Position numbers and translations under genes: made by a program. From Candidatus Omnitrophota bacterium (GTDB taxonomy: Bacteria; Omnitrophota; Gorgyraeia; Gygaellales; Profunditerraquicolaceae), in assembly GCA_022710715.1 (NCBI GenBank), contig JAKLGJ010000001.1, forward strand, positions 618,041 through 682,040: a DNA stretch of 64,000 nt, given 5' to 3'. Below, one piece after another: positions 18,981-28,009 of this stretch; position 1 is the first letter of the stretch, and each line of letters begins with the position of its first letter. The notes beneath the pieces are model-generated. The model was not told the origin of the DNA. It saw only the letters and a list, made by a program, of their open reading frames with translations, and made no database searches.

Positions 18981-19950
18981 CTGTCACCTCGTGTTTATAC
19001 CACTCCAGCGTTTCTGCAAGCGCTTCTTTCAACGGATAGCGCGGCTTCCAGCCGAGCATTCTGCGCGCTTTGGCGGAATCGAGATACTGATCCCTGATCT
19101 CGAATTTCGCCTGATTCAAAATGCGCACCTGCGGCTTCTTTCCCGCAGCGGCGTAGAGCGCCTGGACCATCTTGAGCACGGATAAGGGTTTCTCGTCGCT
19201 GAAATTAAACGCCTCTCCGGCTATTCTGCCGCTCGACATCTTTTTCGCCAGCAGCATATAGGCCAGGGCGATATCTTTGACGAAAACATAGTCGCGCACA
19301 AAAGTGCCGTCGCTGCGGATCAAAAGCGGCTTGCCTTTCAGCGCGCAGCGGCAGGCGTCCGGGACCAGACGCGAGAAATTGAAATCTCCGGGGCCGTACA
19401 GATTGCCGCAACGGGTCACGCATACCGGCAGCTTATACGTATGCCGGTAGGTAGCGGCCAGAAGATCGGTGCAACTCTTGGAAACATCATAGGGATGATC
19501 GCCCTGCAAAGCGAAGGTTTCCTTATACGGAAGCCGTTTATGCGTTCCGTACGCTTTATCGCTGGACGCCACTACCACCGACCGCACCGTTTCAGACTGG
19601 CGCGCCGCCTCCAGGATATTCCAGGTGCCTTTGATATTGGTGGCGAACGCCTTCACCGGTTTTTTCAGGCAATCGCCGACCAGCGCCATGGCTGCCAGAT
19701 GAAAGATCGTCTCGATGCGATGCGTCCGGATAAGCCGCTCCAGGAGCCGGTAATTTTCCACACTCCCCTTTACCACCGTAATCCTGGCGAACTCCTGCGC
19801 AGTCAAAATGGTTTTTGCCCGGTGGGTCCGGATATCCAGCCCGACCACCCGCGCGCCGGCTTCCAGGAGCAGGCGGGAAAGCCACGACCCCAGAAATCCT
19901 TCATAGCCGGTAACCAGGACGCGCTTGCCCTTCCAGAAAGACTTTTTCAT
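18964..19950 (-). CDS. rfbG: CDP-glucose 4,6-dehydratase
   Basis: MKKSFWKGKRVLVTGYEGFLGSWL is the canonical DdhB N-terminus; YDVSKSC catalytic motif. Confidence 0.85.
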   Translation of the reverse strand: MKKSFWKGKRVLVTGYEGFLGSWLSRLLLEAGARVVGLDIRTHRAKTILTAQEFARITVVKGSVENYRLLERLIRTHRIETIFHLAAMALVGDCLKKPVKAFATNIKGTWNILEAARQSETVRSVVVASSDKAYGTHKRLPYKETFALQGDHPYDVSKSCTDLLAATYRHTYKLPVCVTRCGNLYGPGDFNFSRLVPDACRCALKGKPLLIRSDGTFVRDYVFVKDIALAYMLLAKKMSSGRIAGEAFNFSDEKPLSVLKMVQALYAAAGKKPQVRILNQAKFEIRDQYLDSAKARRMLGWKPRYPLKEALAETLEWYKHEVTDDQRR

Positions 19951-20738
19951 CACCACACCTTCCAGGGCGCTTTGCCCTCATCCCAGAGCCGGTTCAACAG
20001 ATCCAGCTCGCGGCGGGTATCCATGCACTGCCAGAACCCTTCATGGAGGTATACTGCCAGTTGCCCGTCTGAAGCCAGTTGCTCCAGGGGTTCGCGCTCC
20101 AGATACACCTGGTCTCCTTTTCCGATATAATCGAAAATTCTCTTCTTGAAAATAAAGAAGCCGCCGTTGATGAATCCGTTGGTGGTCTGCGGTTTTTCGC
20201 TGAAACTGATCACTTTTCCGCCGTCGATAATAAGCTCACCGAAACGGGAAGACGGATGCACGCCGGTAACCGTGCCGATCTTCTTGCGCGCGCGATGGAA
20301 CGCAAGCAGATCTTTGACGTTCACGTCGGCCACGCCGTCTCCGTAGGTGAGCATGAAACAATCGGAATCGATATACGGTTCGATCTTCTTGACCCGGCTG
20401 CCGGTCATGGTATCCAGCCCGGTATCCACCAGGGTTATCGACCAGCCGTTCTCCAGATGGTCGGTATGGAACTCGATGCTGTTCTTTTTGCCCAGGGTGA
20501 TGGTGCAATCGTTATTCATGGCTTCATAATTGAGGAAATACTCTTTGATCATCTCGCCCTTGTACCCCAGGCAAAGCACGAAATCGGTGAAACCGTATGC
20601 GGCATACGTCTTCATGATATGCCAGAGTATCGGTCTGCCGCCGATCTCGATCAACGGTTTGGGCCTTAATTCCGTTTCTTCACTCAACCGGGTGCCTCTG
20701 CCCCCGCACAGGATAACCACTTTACAGTCATTCTTCAT
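19950..20738 (-). CDS. rfbF: Glucose-1-phosphate cytidylyltransferase
   Basis: VVILCGGRGTRL, LTYGDGV, FWQCMDTRRELDLLNRLW; 262 aa. Confidence 0.85.
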   Translation of the reverse strand: MKNDCKVVILCGGRGTRLSEETELRPKPLIEIGGRPILWHIMKTYAAYGFTDFVLCLGYKGEMIKEYFLNYEAMNNDCTITLGKKNSIEFHTDHLENGWSITLVDTGLDTMTGSRVKKIEPYIDSDCFMLTYGDGVADVNVKDLLAFHRARKKIGTVTGVHPSSRFGELIIDGGKVISFSEKPQTTNGFINGGFFIFKKRIFDYIGKGDQVYLEREPLEQLASDGQLAVYLHEGFWQCMDTRRELDLLNRLWDEGKAPWKVW

Positions 20739-21777
20739 CTCGTATCTCCTTGACCTTGCCTGCGCAGAGTGCGCGCAGCCAGCCGGCTTTGACGCGGAAG
20801 CCCCGGCTGTTCAGATATACTTCATCGATGCGTTTTTTGCGTTTGGTCAACAGCAGCCAGAACGGGAACAATAAAAACCACAAACCGGCGCCGGACTTTA
20901 CCTGTATATTACCATGCGCGCGCAGAACCTCAAAGTGTTGAATTAGCCGCCGCGGCACAACTACCCACAGCCAGTTACCCAGACGAGCGGAACGCAAACA
21001 GGCATCGCTCATCGCCTTGACCGCGCCCGGTTCCGGGTCCAGGATGAATAATTGCCGTTGCGGCCGGCCCCAGCGCTCCTCGAAGATCGCGCGGTTACGG
21101 GCAAAGAGCGCTTCCCGTTGCGTCCCTTTGAAAGTGGCGTGCTCGCGATGCCAGACATAAGCATCCCGGGCAATGGCGCAGCCGAATCCGGCTTTTCCCG
21201 CCCGGCGGCAGAAATCCGAATCCTCAAAATAACCGTCGGCAAAAACCTCGTCAAGATAACCGATACGTTCGATCACCTGCCTGCGGATAAGCATGCAGAA
21301 TCCCACGCAACTGACCGCCTCCACGAACTCCCCGGATCGGGAAGCCGCTAAGGCCTGCGCCACGTCTTCCGGCGTCTGGCCTGGCTGCGGATACAGGCCG
21401 AACGTTGTGCTCATCGGATTAACCACTCCCAGGTGCGCAGAGCGCTCCAGTAACGAGATCATCCGCTCCAGCCATCCCCCGGTAACAATGGTGTCGTTGC
21501 TAAGCAGACAGACGGTTTTCCCGGTGGAGCGTTTTAAGCCGGCGTTGGCCGCGCGTAAAAATCCCTGATTGGGTTCGAGCCGCAGGATCTCCGCCGGCGT
21601 TCCCGGATGCGCCGTTTTCCACTCCTTGAGAAATTCCTGCGTCGGTCGATCGCTGCCGTTGTCCACGATGATCAGCCGGTCCCGGGCGCGGAAATGCCTG
21701 TCCAGACTGTCCAGGCAGGCACGGGTGAGTTCGATGTTGTTGTAAACGGTTAGAACGATATCGCAATCCACGCTCAA
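20728..21777 (-). CDS. GT2 glycosyltransferase, paralog B of 15257-16360
   Basis: DIVLTVYN...IIVDNGS...NQGFLRAAN...LSNDT. Confidence 0.75.
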   Translation of the reverse strand: MSVDCDIVLTVYNNIELTRACLDSLDRHFRARDRLIIVDNGSDRPTQEFLKEWKTAHPGTPAEILRLEPNQGFLRAANAGLKRSTGKTVCLLSNDTIVTGGWLERMISLLERSAHLGVVNPMSTTFGLYPQPGQTPEDVAQALAASRSGEFVEAVSCVGFCMLIRRQVIERIGYLDEVFADGYFEDSDFCRRAGKAGFGCAIARDAYVWHREHATFKGTQREALFARNRAIFEERWGRPQRQLFILDPEPGAVKAMSDACLRSARLGNWLWVVVPRRLIQHFEVLRAHGNIQVKSGAGLWFLLFPFWLLLTKRKKRIDEVYLNSRGFRVKAGWLRALCAGKVKEIRDEE

Positions 21778-22868
21778 CCCTTCAGCAGATGTACGACGGC
21801 GGCAAAAACCTCATCCACCGATATGTCGCTCAAACACTGTTTGTTACGTTGACAGCCGGATAGACGAAAATCACGATAACACGGCCGGCAGGGCAGCGCT
21901 TTGGTCAGAACGATAGTCCGATGAGCTTCCGGGGGATAGGGACCGTAAACTTTTTCGTCTACCGGCCCGAACAGAGCCACGATCTTCTTCTGCAAACCGT
22001 CGGCAAAACGCAGCGGACCGGTATCGTTGCCGATGAAGAGGTTGCAACGGTCGACCAGAGCGATAGTCTGCGCCAGCGAAGCGCCGGTGAACTCAAAGAC
22101 GCGTTGCGGGGAACCGGTCTTCTGGAGAATAAAAGCAACGTCCTTTTTCTCTTTAGGCCCGGCGAAAACCAGCACTTTCGCCTGCAGTTCGCCGGTCAAA
22201 CGGTCGATCAAAGCGCTGAAATGCTCCGCCGGCCAGCGTTTAACGCCCGCGTCTTTGCCGAACGCATCCCCTCCGCACGGCGCAATGCCGATCACCAGAT
22301 CCGCCGGAGCCACAGCCAGGTTCTGCAAAGCGGCAGCGGCCCAGGATCGGCTCTCCAGGTCGGGCGCGACTTCCAGCCGTCTCACCCGCGTCGGTATTCC
22401 CGCTAATTCGAGCAGATCCAGATAATACTCGGCGACGTGTTTATCCTTATAGCCGTCGATGGAGCGCCTGCGGGTAAGGAATACGCAGCGGCGTTTATAA
22501 TCAAGGCCCACGCGCTGCCGGATGCCTGCCAGCCAGGCGAAAAACCCGTATTGGGTGTTCAGGGAAAGGTCGAACGCCAGATCGATGCGCTCTGCGCGGA
22601 TGTCGCCCACAAATGCCCGGAATACCCCCCACCAGCGCAGCCAGGACCGCTTCTGCGCCGCGACGAATTCATCGCGCTCATAGACAAAGGTCTTATAAAC
22701 GAGCGGATGCGCTTTGAGGACGGCTTCGGTCTTGCGGTTACAGAGATAATAGATCCGCGCAGAAGGAACGGCATCTTTGATAGTGCGCAGCAACGCGGTC
22801 GAAAACAGCACGTCCCCGATGCCGAACGGATTGATCACCAGAAAGGATTGCGGTTGGCGCATGGACAA
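21774..22868 (-). CDS. GT9 ADP-heptose:LPS heptosyltransferase (RfaF/WaaC/WaaQ-like)
   Basis: FLVINPFGIGDVLFSTALLRTIK...IGNDTGPLRFA; 364 aa. Confidence 0.8.
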   Translation of the reverse strand: MSMRQPQSFLVINPFGIGDVLFSTALLRTIKDAVPSARIYYLCNRKTEAVLKAHPLVYKTFVYERDEFVAAQKRSWLRWWGVFRAFVGDIRAERIDLAFDLSLNTQYGFFAWLAGIRQRVGLDYKRRCVFLTRRRSIDGYKDKHVAEYYLDLLELAGIPTRVRRLEVAPDLESRSWAAAALQNLAVAPADLVIGIAPCGGDAFGKDAGVKRWPAEHFSALIDRLTGELQAKVLVFAGPKEKKDVAFILQKTGSPQRVFEFTGASLAQTIALVDRCNLFIGNDTGPLRFADGLQKKIVALFGPVDEKVYGPYPPEAHRTIVLTKALPCRPCYRDFRLSGCQRNKQCLSDISVDEVFAAVVHLLKG

Positions 22869-22870
22869 AT

Positions 22871-23347
22871 TTATTTTCTGCGTTTCGAAAGAGTCTCTTC
22901 CAGCAAGGCGTCGATACGATCGATCAGGTCGTTGCGCTGCTGATTCGCCAGGTCTATCTTCTTTTTGATCGAACCGATGAACGCCAGCGTTACGTCTTTA
23001 CGACGGGCCTGATCTTCCAGATGCCACAATTCGGTGTTTTTCTGCGCCAGACAGGAAATCGCTTCGGCTACCGTAGCCAGCTGCGGGATGCGGTTCATAT
23101 CCGCCGCCGCATTATACATCTTGAGCTTTTCGTCGCGTAAAGCCACTCGGCCCGCGGCAGCAGCCAGAATGAACGTTTCGATCTCCCGCAGCATGCGTTT
23201 TTTCTGCCGCTGCACCAGCGCGATCATCCGCCGGGTATCGGCCGCCGGAAATTTGTTGGTTTTCAGACGCAGGCTTTCCTGCAAATGATATTCCCGCAAG
23301 TCTTTAATGGTCATTTTATCGATCAAACTTCCCAGCGTCTCGGCCAT
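22871..23347 (-). CDS. Small helical protein of unknown function (recalled, without certainty, as a DUF family that accompanies LPS core heptosyltransferases)
   Basis: 158 aa, charged and coiled-coil-like, motif KNTELWHLED. Confidence 0.45.
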   Translation of the reverse strand: MAETLGSLIDKMTIKDLREYHLQESLRLKTNKFPAADTRRMIALVQRQKKRMLREIETFILAAAAGRVALRDEKLKMYNAAADMNRIPQLATVAEAISCLAQKNTELWHLEDQARRKDVTLAFIGSIKKKIDLANQQRNDLIDRIDALLEETLSKRRK

Positions 23348-23351
23348 GCTC

Positions 23352-24557
23352 CTACTCCTTGGGTACCCTGGTATGAGCGTACCACCCGAGCGACAGCCCC
23401 ATCATGAACCAGAAAAGGGATGCCAGGTAGACACCCACCAGAATGGATGAACTGACCAGCTCCGCGATCAAGACAGATATCACCATGATCAGGAAAGCGC
23501 AGTGGATCAGGTTGAACCGCCGCTTGAATTCGGCGATGATATGTTTGAAATAGACCACGAATATGGACAGAAAAGTCACCAGACCGACCAGACCGGTCTC
23601 CGCCATGATTTCGAGATACATATTATGGGGATGCGCATGCAGGGTAACGTCTTTATAGACCTCGGCAGAACTGACCATCTGGCGCATGATCAATTCACAG
23701 CTGCCCGGCCCGGCCCCGAAAACCGGATACTGCGTGAAAATGGTGAATGCGGCTTTCCAGATATTGATCCGCCCCCAGGTTCCCGGGGATATCGTTTCCA
23801 GCGAAAAAAGGCGCGTGCGCAAAAGCGGTATGAAAAAAACCACGCTGATATACGTGATCAGGATGATCAGAGGCACGGATTTCTTCTTATCGTTCAGGAA
23901 AGCAACGATGAGCACGGCCAGCGGCAAGGCTATCCAGGTGTTGCGCGCGTAATGATAGAAGAACGCCACCAGCACCGGCACTACCGCGAGAGTCGCCAGG
24001 AGACGCACCGGCACCTTGGCATGATAAATCGAGACCGCGATAAAAAACGGCAGGCTGTACAGGAAATAATCGGCCGCACCGAACAAGCTGATGGATCCGA
24101 AAGAGGTGAACATCCGGCTGAACTGCTTGGCCACCCAGACGTCGCGGATGCCGCCCAGGGAGACAATGACCACGCCGGTAAGGAACGCGATGAGCAAACA
24201 TTTAAAAAACGGCTCGCGTTTTCCCAGATACGCGCCGAAATGGAAAAAAAAGAAATACGGAACATAGCGCCACAGCCATATCTCCTGCGCATGGTCGCCG
24301 CTGGGGCTGATAAAAACAGAGAGCGCCGACGAAAGCAGGAAAAGGAAAATCGGCAGGTTCAGCGGAGTGTTTTCCAGGAAAGCCGAGAAGAATCTCTTAC
24401 CTGCGCGCAGGAGCTTGATCACGATGAATACCGACAAAGCGATACAGAAGCAGACTTTGGAGATTTTCTTGTCGATGATCCCCAGCCCCATGAAAAAAGC
24501 GAGATCGACAAGTAATACGTAGTCTAACCCCTGGAGTAATGCGGAGCGAAAAGACAT
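23352..24557 (-). CDS. O-antigen ligase (WaaL)-family polytopic membrane protein
   Basis: About 10 hydrophobic segments and the Wzy_C-type motif HAHPHNMYLEIMAETGLVG. Lower GC than its flanks. Confidence 0.7.
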   Translation of the reverse strand: MSFRSALLQGLDYVLLVDLAFFMGLGIIDKKISKVCFCIALSVFIVIKLLRAGKRFFSAFLENTPLNLPIFLFLLSSALSVFISPSGDHAQEIWLWRYVPYFFFFHFGAYLGKREPFFKCLLIAFLTGVVIVSLGGIRDVWVAKQFSRMFTSFGSISLFGAADYFLYSLPFFIAVSIYHAKVPVRLLATLAVVPVLVAFFYHYARNTWIALPLAVLIVAFLNDKKKSVPLIILITYISVVFFIPLLRTRLFSLETISPGTWGRINIWKAAFTIFTQYPVFGAGPGSCELIMRQMVSSAEVYKDVTLHAHPHNMYLEIMAETGLVGLVTFLSIFVVYFKHIIAEFKRRFNLIHCAFLIMVISVLIAELVSSSILVGVYLASLFWFMMGLSLGWYAHTRVPKE

Positions 24558-24570
24558 AGAATTATGGTTT

Positions 24571-26400
24571 TCAGCGAACGGCGATGATATCCTTGAGTTT
24601 CTCGACAACCTTGCCGTTCTTCTCCCAGTGGATGATGGTGGTAAGCTCGCGAACCTGACGCCGGAGTTTGATCGAATCGAACTCTTCGGTCTTGCTGATG
24701 AATATCTTTTCGTGCCGGGTTACCCGGTCTTTTTCGTTATCCAGGAGCAGTTCCTCGAACATTTTCTCCCCCGGACGTAAGCCGATGAATTTCACCTGAA
24801 TATCCTTGAACATCTTCATCCCGGACAGAGCCACGAGGTTGGAGGCGATGTCGGTGATCTTTATCTGCTGCCCCATATCCAGGATGAAGATCTCTCCTCC
24901 TTTGCCCAGGGCGCCTGCCTGCAACACCAGGCTTACCGCTTCCTGAACGCTCATAAAATAGCGCTTCACGTCCGGGTGGGTAATGGTGATCGGCCCTCCC
25001 GCCTCGATCTGCCGTTTGAACAGGGGCACGACGCTTCCGGCCGAACCGATGACATTGCCGAAACGCACCGCCATGAACTTGGTCTTGCTTTGCGGAGCTT
25101 TGGCCTGCAGGATCATCTCGGAAATGCGTTTGCTCATCCCCATGACGTTCATCGGGTTGACCGCTTTATCCGACGAGATAAGCACAAACCTATCCACCTT
25201 ATAATGATGCGAAGCGTAGATCATATTCCGGGTGCCGAGAATATTGTTCTTCACCGCGGCCACGGGATTGAATTCCATCAGAGGCACGTGTTTATGCGCC
25301 GCGGCATGGAAGACGACTTCCGGCCTGTACCGGGAAAAAAGATCCTTGAGCATCACGATGTCTTTGATATCGCCGATGATCGTTTTGATGTCTATAACCC
25401 CGAATTGAGCCTGAAGCTCGACAGTAAGGAAGTAAACGTCGTTTTCGTTGTGATCGAACAGGATCAGTTGTTTGGGATGGAACCGGCAGATCTGCCGACA
25501 CAATTCCGAACCGATGGTCCCGCCCGCGCCGGTTACCAGAACCACTTTGTTCTTAAGGTACCCGCCGATCTCCCGCTCATTGATCTTGACCGTCTCCCGG
25601 CCGAGCAGATCTTCCGGTTTGACTTCGCGCGGCTTGATCTCGATCTCCCCGTTGAAAATCTTATGCAACCCGGGCAGGATCTTGATCTTGACTTCGGGGA
25701 TCTGACAGTGCGAGATCACGTCGCGGATGACTTCCCCGCTCGCCGAAGGGATGGCGATGATGATCTCATCGACCAGATGCTGCTTCACGATCCTGGGGAT
25801 GTCAAACCGGCCTCCCAGGATCTTATATCCCTGAATGCGCAAATTCTTTTTCGAAGGACTGTCATCGATGAACCCGACCACTTCCACGTGCATCCTGGGA
25901 TTGGCCCGGGCTTCGCGCAAAACCGTCACTCCCGCCTCCCCGGCTCCGACGATAAGCAGCCGCCGCTGTTTGATATCGATCGCCGGTTTGAATTTCTCGC
26001 GCAGCAGACGGGTGACAAAACGCACTCCCGCTACCAGGCAGGCGCAGAGTATACTATCCAGCAAAAAGATGGAACGGGGAAATCCGGTGGTATTGAAAAT
26101 GAGGGTGACGCCGGTCATGAATCCGAGCGAGGAAAAGAAGTTGGCTTTGATAATGCGCCAGATGTCGTCAACGCTGGCATAGCGCCAGAGCCCGGAAAAC
26201 AGACCGTAATAGCCGAATAATACCAGCTTGATCACGATCAGAATTGGCAGATTCCGCAGCATCACCCGCCAGTAATCCGCGGGGATACGGAAATCCAGGC
26301 GCAGCAAGAACGCAAGTACATACGCTGCAAGTATTAAAGCCAGATGGGCCAGAATGATCAAAGGCCGCCGGTATTTAAGCAGTAGCGATTTTGTCTCCAT
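24571..26400 (-). CDS. Membrane-anchored UDP-GlcNAc 4,6-dehydratase (CapD/WbpM/PglF family)
   Basis: Four N-terminal TM helices, then two Rossmann regions (LLIVGAGEAG; VLVTGAGGTIGSEL) and MGMSKRISE; 609 aa. Confidence 0.9.
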   Translation of the reverse strand: METKSLLLKYRRPLIILAHLALILAAYVLAFLLRLDFRIPADYWRVMLRNLPILIVIKLVLFGYYGLFSGLWRYASVDDIWRIIKANFFSSLGFMTGVTLIFNTTGFPRSIFLLDSILCACLVAGVRFVTRLLREKFKPAIDIKQRRLLIVGAGEAGVTVLREARANPRMHVEVVGFIDDSPSKKNLRIQGYKILGGRFDIPRIVKQHLVDEIIIAIPSASGEVIRDVISHCQIPEVKIKILPGLHKIFNGEIEIKPREVKPEDLLGRETVKINEREIGGYLKNKVVLVTGAGGTIGSELCRQICRFHPKQLILFDHNENDVYFLTVELQAQFGVIDIKTIIGDIKDIVMLKDLFSRYRPEVVFHAAAHKHVPLMEFNPVAAVKNNILGTRNMIYASHHYKVDRFVLISSDKAVNPMNVMGMSKRISEMILQAKAPQSKTKFMAVRFGNVIGSAGSVVPLFKRQIEAGGPITITHPDVKRYFMSVQEAVSLVLQAGALGKGGEIFILDMGQQIKITDIASNLVALSGMKMFKDIQVKFIGLRPGEKMFEELLLDNEKDRVTRHEKIFISKTEEFDSIKLRRQVRELTTIIHWEKNGKVVEKLKDIIAVR

Positions 26401-26409
26401 AGACTGTAT

Positions 26410-26437
26410 ATTATATAACAGAAATGCGTTTTGGCAA
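26410..26437 (-). promoter_or_regulatory. AT-rich promoter-like element upstream of the CapD-like gene
   Basis: Minus strand reads TTGCCA, 16 nt, TATAAT inside the only AT-rich 50-bp gap. The -10 ends about 9 nt before the ATG, implying a very short or leaderless transcript. Confidence 0.25.
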
Positions 26438-26450
26438 TGATTATGCGAGA

Positions 26451-27023
26451 TTAATGCTGCACACCTTCTTTGCGGGCCACTTTGATCAACGTCAGCAAAA
26501 GGATCCGGAAATCGAGGAACAGACTGCGGTGCTGCAGATAGTAGGCGTCAAAATCAACTTTTACCGGGATAGGCAGATCGTCCCTGCCGTTAACCTGGGC
26601 CCAGCCGGTTACCCCCGGGACAAGCCGATCTATGCCCAGACGGGTACGCAAAGCCACCAGGTCGTCCTGATTGAACAGGGCCGGACGGGGGCCGACAAAA
26701 CTCATATCGCCCTTGAGCACATTGAAGAGCTGCGGTAATTCATCCAGGCTGGAAGTGCGCAGGACGCCGCCGATCTTCGTCAGATAATCCTGCGGCCGTT
26801 TCATCAGATGGGTCGCCAGTTGCGGCGTGTCCATGCGCATCGTCCGGAACTTCGCCATTTTAAAAATACGATTATACCTGCCGATGCGGTCGCTCCAGAA
26901 TATGACCGGTCCTCGGGAAGTGCATTTGATCAGCATCGCGATGATCGCCAGGGGCACCGCGCCCGCCAGCAGCAAAACCAGGGCCAGCCCGATATCGCAC
27001 CAGCGTTTGATCAGCGCATACAT
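26451..27023 (-). CDS. Initiating phosphoglycosyltransferase (bacterial sugar transferase, WbaP C-terminal/PglC-like)
   Basis: Single N-terminal [22 protein letters not shown] and [12 protein letters not shown] motifs; 190 aa. Confidence 0.9.
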   Translation of the reverse strand: MYALIKRWCDIGLALVLLLAGAVPLAIIAMLIKCTSRGPVIFWSDRIGRYNRIFKMAKFRTMRMDTPQLATHLMKRPQDYLTKIGGVLRTSSLDELPQLFNVLKGDMSFVGPRPALFNQDDLVALRTRLGIDRLVPGVTGWAQVNGRDDLPIPVKVDFDAYYLQHRSLFLDFRILLLTLIKVARKEGVQH

Positions 27024-28009
27024 TCTTCCACCGTCCTGCGTATCCCTTCTTTAAGCGAAAACCGGGGTTTCCATCCCAGCAAAGCGATCGATTTCTGATT
27101 GTTCACGCACAGAGAACCCGTCAAGCGTTCCACGGCCGCCTGCTTGCGAACCATCGCCGCCAGGCAATTCAGCAGGAATACCGGACAGGGAAAAAGATGC
27201 GCCTTGACCTGTAAACCTGCGGCGATCAAACGGATCAGCTCCGGGGTCGAAAGATCTTTTCCGTCGCTTAAGAGGAAGAGTTGACCGGCGGCGCGCGGAT
27301 GAACTAAAGACAGAAAAATCAGCTCGCACAGGTTCTCCACATACAGCATGCTGCGCCGGTTCTTCACCGCAGCCAGCGGTAAAGGAATTCCCGACTTGAC
27401 CAGCTTGACGAGCTGCGCAAAGTTAGCCCTGACCCCTTTTCCGTAGACCAGGGGCAGGCGCAGGACAACCGGCTCCATCCGGCAATCATGACAGACCTGT
27501 AACAACGCCTGTTCCCCTTCCCACTTGGAAACCGCGTAGGGATCCTGCGGGGCGACCGGCAGTTCTTCGGAAAAATAACGCGTTCCCTCCGGCGTGCCCG
27601 ATGTTTCACCGTTGACTTTGATCGAGCTGATGAAAACAAAACGCTTCACCCCCTGTTTCGCCGCGGCTTGAGCCAGGCAACGCGTGCCGAGCGCGTTTAC
27701 CTGCCGGTACAGCGTCAGCGGCGCCGCTGCCCGCTCGTGCATCACATGAGCCCGGCCGGCCAGATGCACCACGCAGTCGACCCCTCCCAGCGCCGCAGCC
27801 CAGACAGTGTCGGCATTGATCTCGCCGGTTACCACCGTCTCGCTCGCACCCGCAACGGCAGCCGCGGGCAGTTGACGCACAGCCGCCCGCACCCGGAAGC
27901 CCTTCGAAGCCAGATGCACGCACAGATGTCTGCCGATAAATCCGGCAGCTCCGGTAACCAGAACCGTTTTGTTCGAACCTGCGACGGCGGCAGACGAGAA
28001 ATTCTTCAT
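27011..28009 (-). CDS. NAD-dependent epimerase/dehydratase (Cap5N/WbpV-like UDP-sugar epimerase/reductase)
   Basis: VLVTGAAGFIGRHL, YAVSKWEGE YxxxK; 332 aa. Confidence 0.8.
   Translation of the reverse strand: MKNFSSAAVAGSNKTVLVTGAAGFIGRHLCVHLASKGFRVRAAVRQLPAAAVAGASETVVTGEINADTVWAAALGGVDCVVHLAGRAHVMHERAAAPLTLYRQVNALGTRCLAQAAAKQGVKRFVFISSIKVNGETSGTPEGTRYFSEELPVAPQDPYAVSKWEGEQALLQVCHDCRMEPVVLRLPLVYGKGVRANFAQLVKLVKSGIPLPLAAVKNRRSMLYVENLCELIFLSLVHPRAAGQLFLLSDGKDLSTPELIRLIAAGLQVKAHLFPCPVFLLNCLAAMVRKQAAVERLTGSLCVNNQKSIALLGWKPRFSLKEGIRRTVEECMR

Noticed and set aside
24976-26220. 414-aa plus-strand ORF antisense to the CapD-like gene, and similar long plus-strand ORFs at 33528-34832, 58075-59097, 61278-62438 and 40901-41722
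   Set aside because: All lie inside strongly supported minus-strand genes and have Asp/Arg/Gly-rich low-complexity composition. No plus-strand gene in the window is credible.
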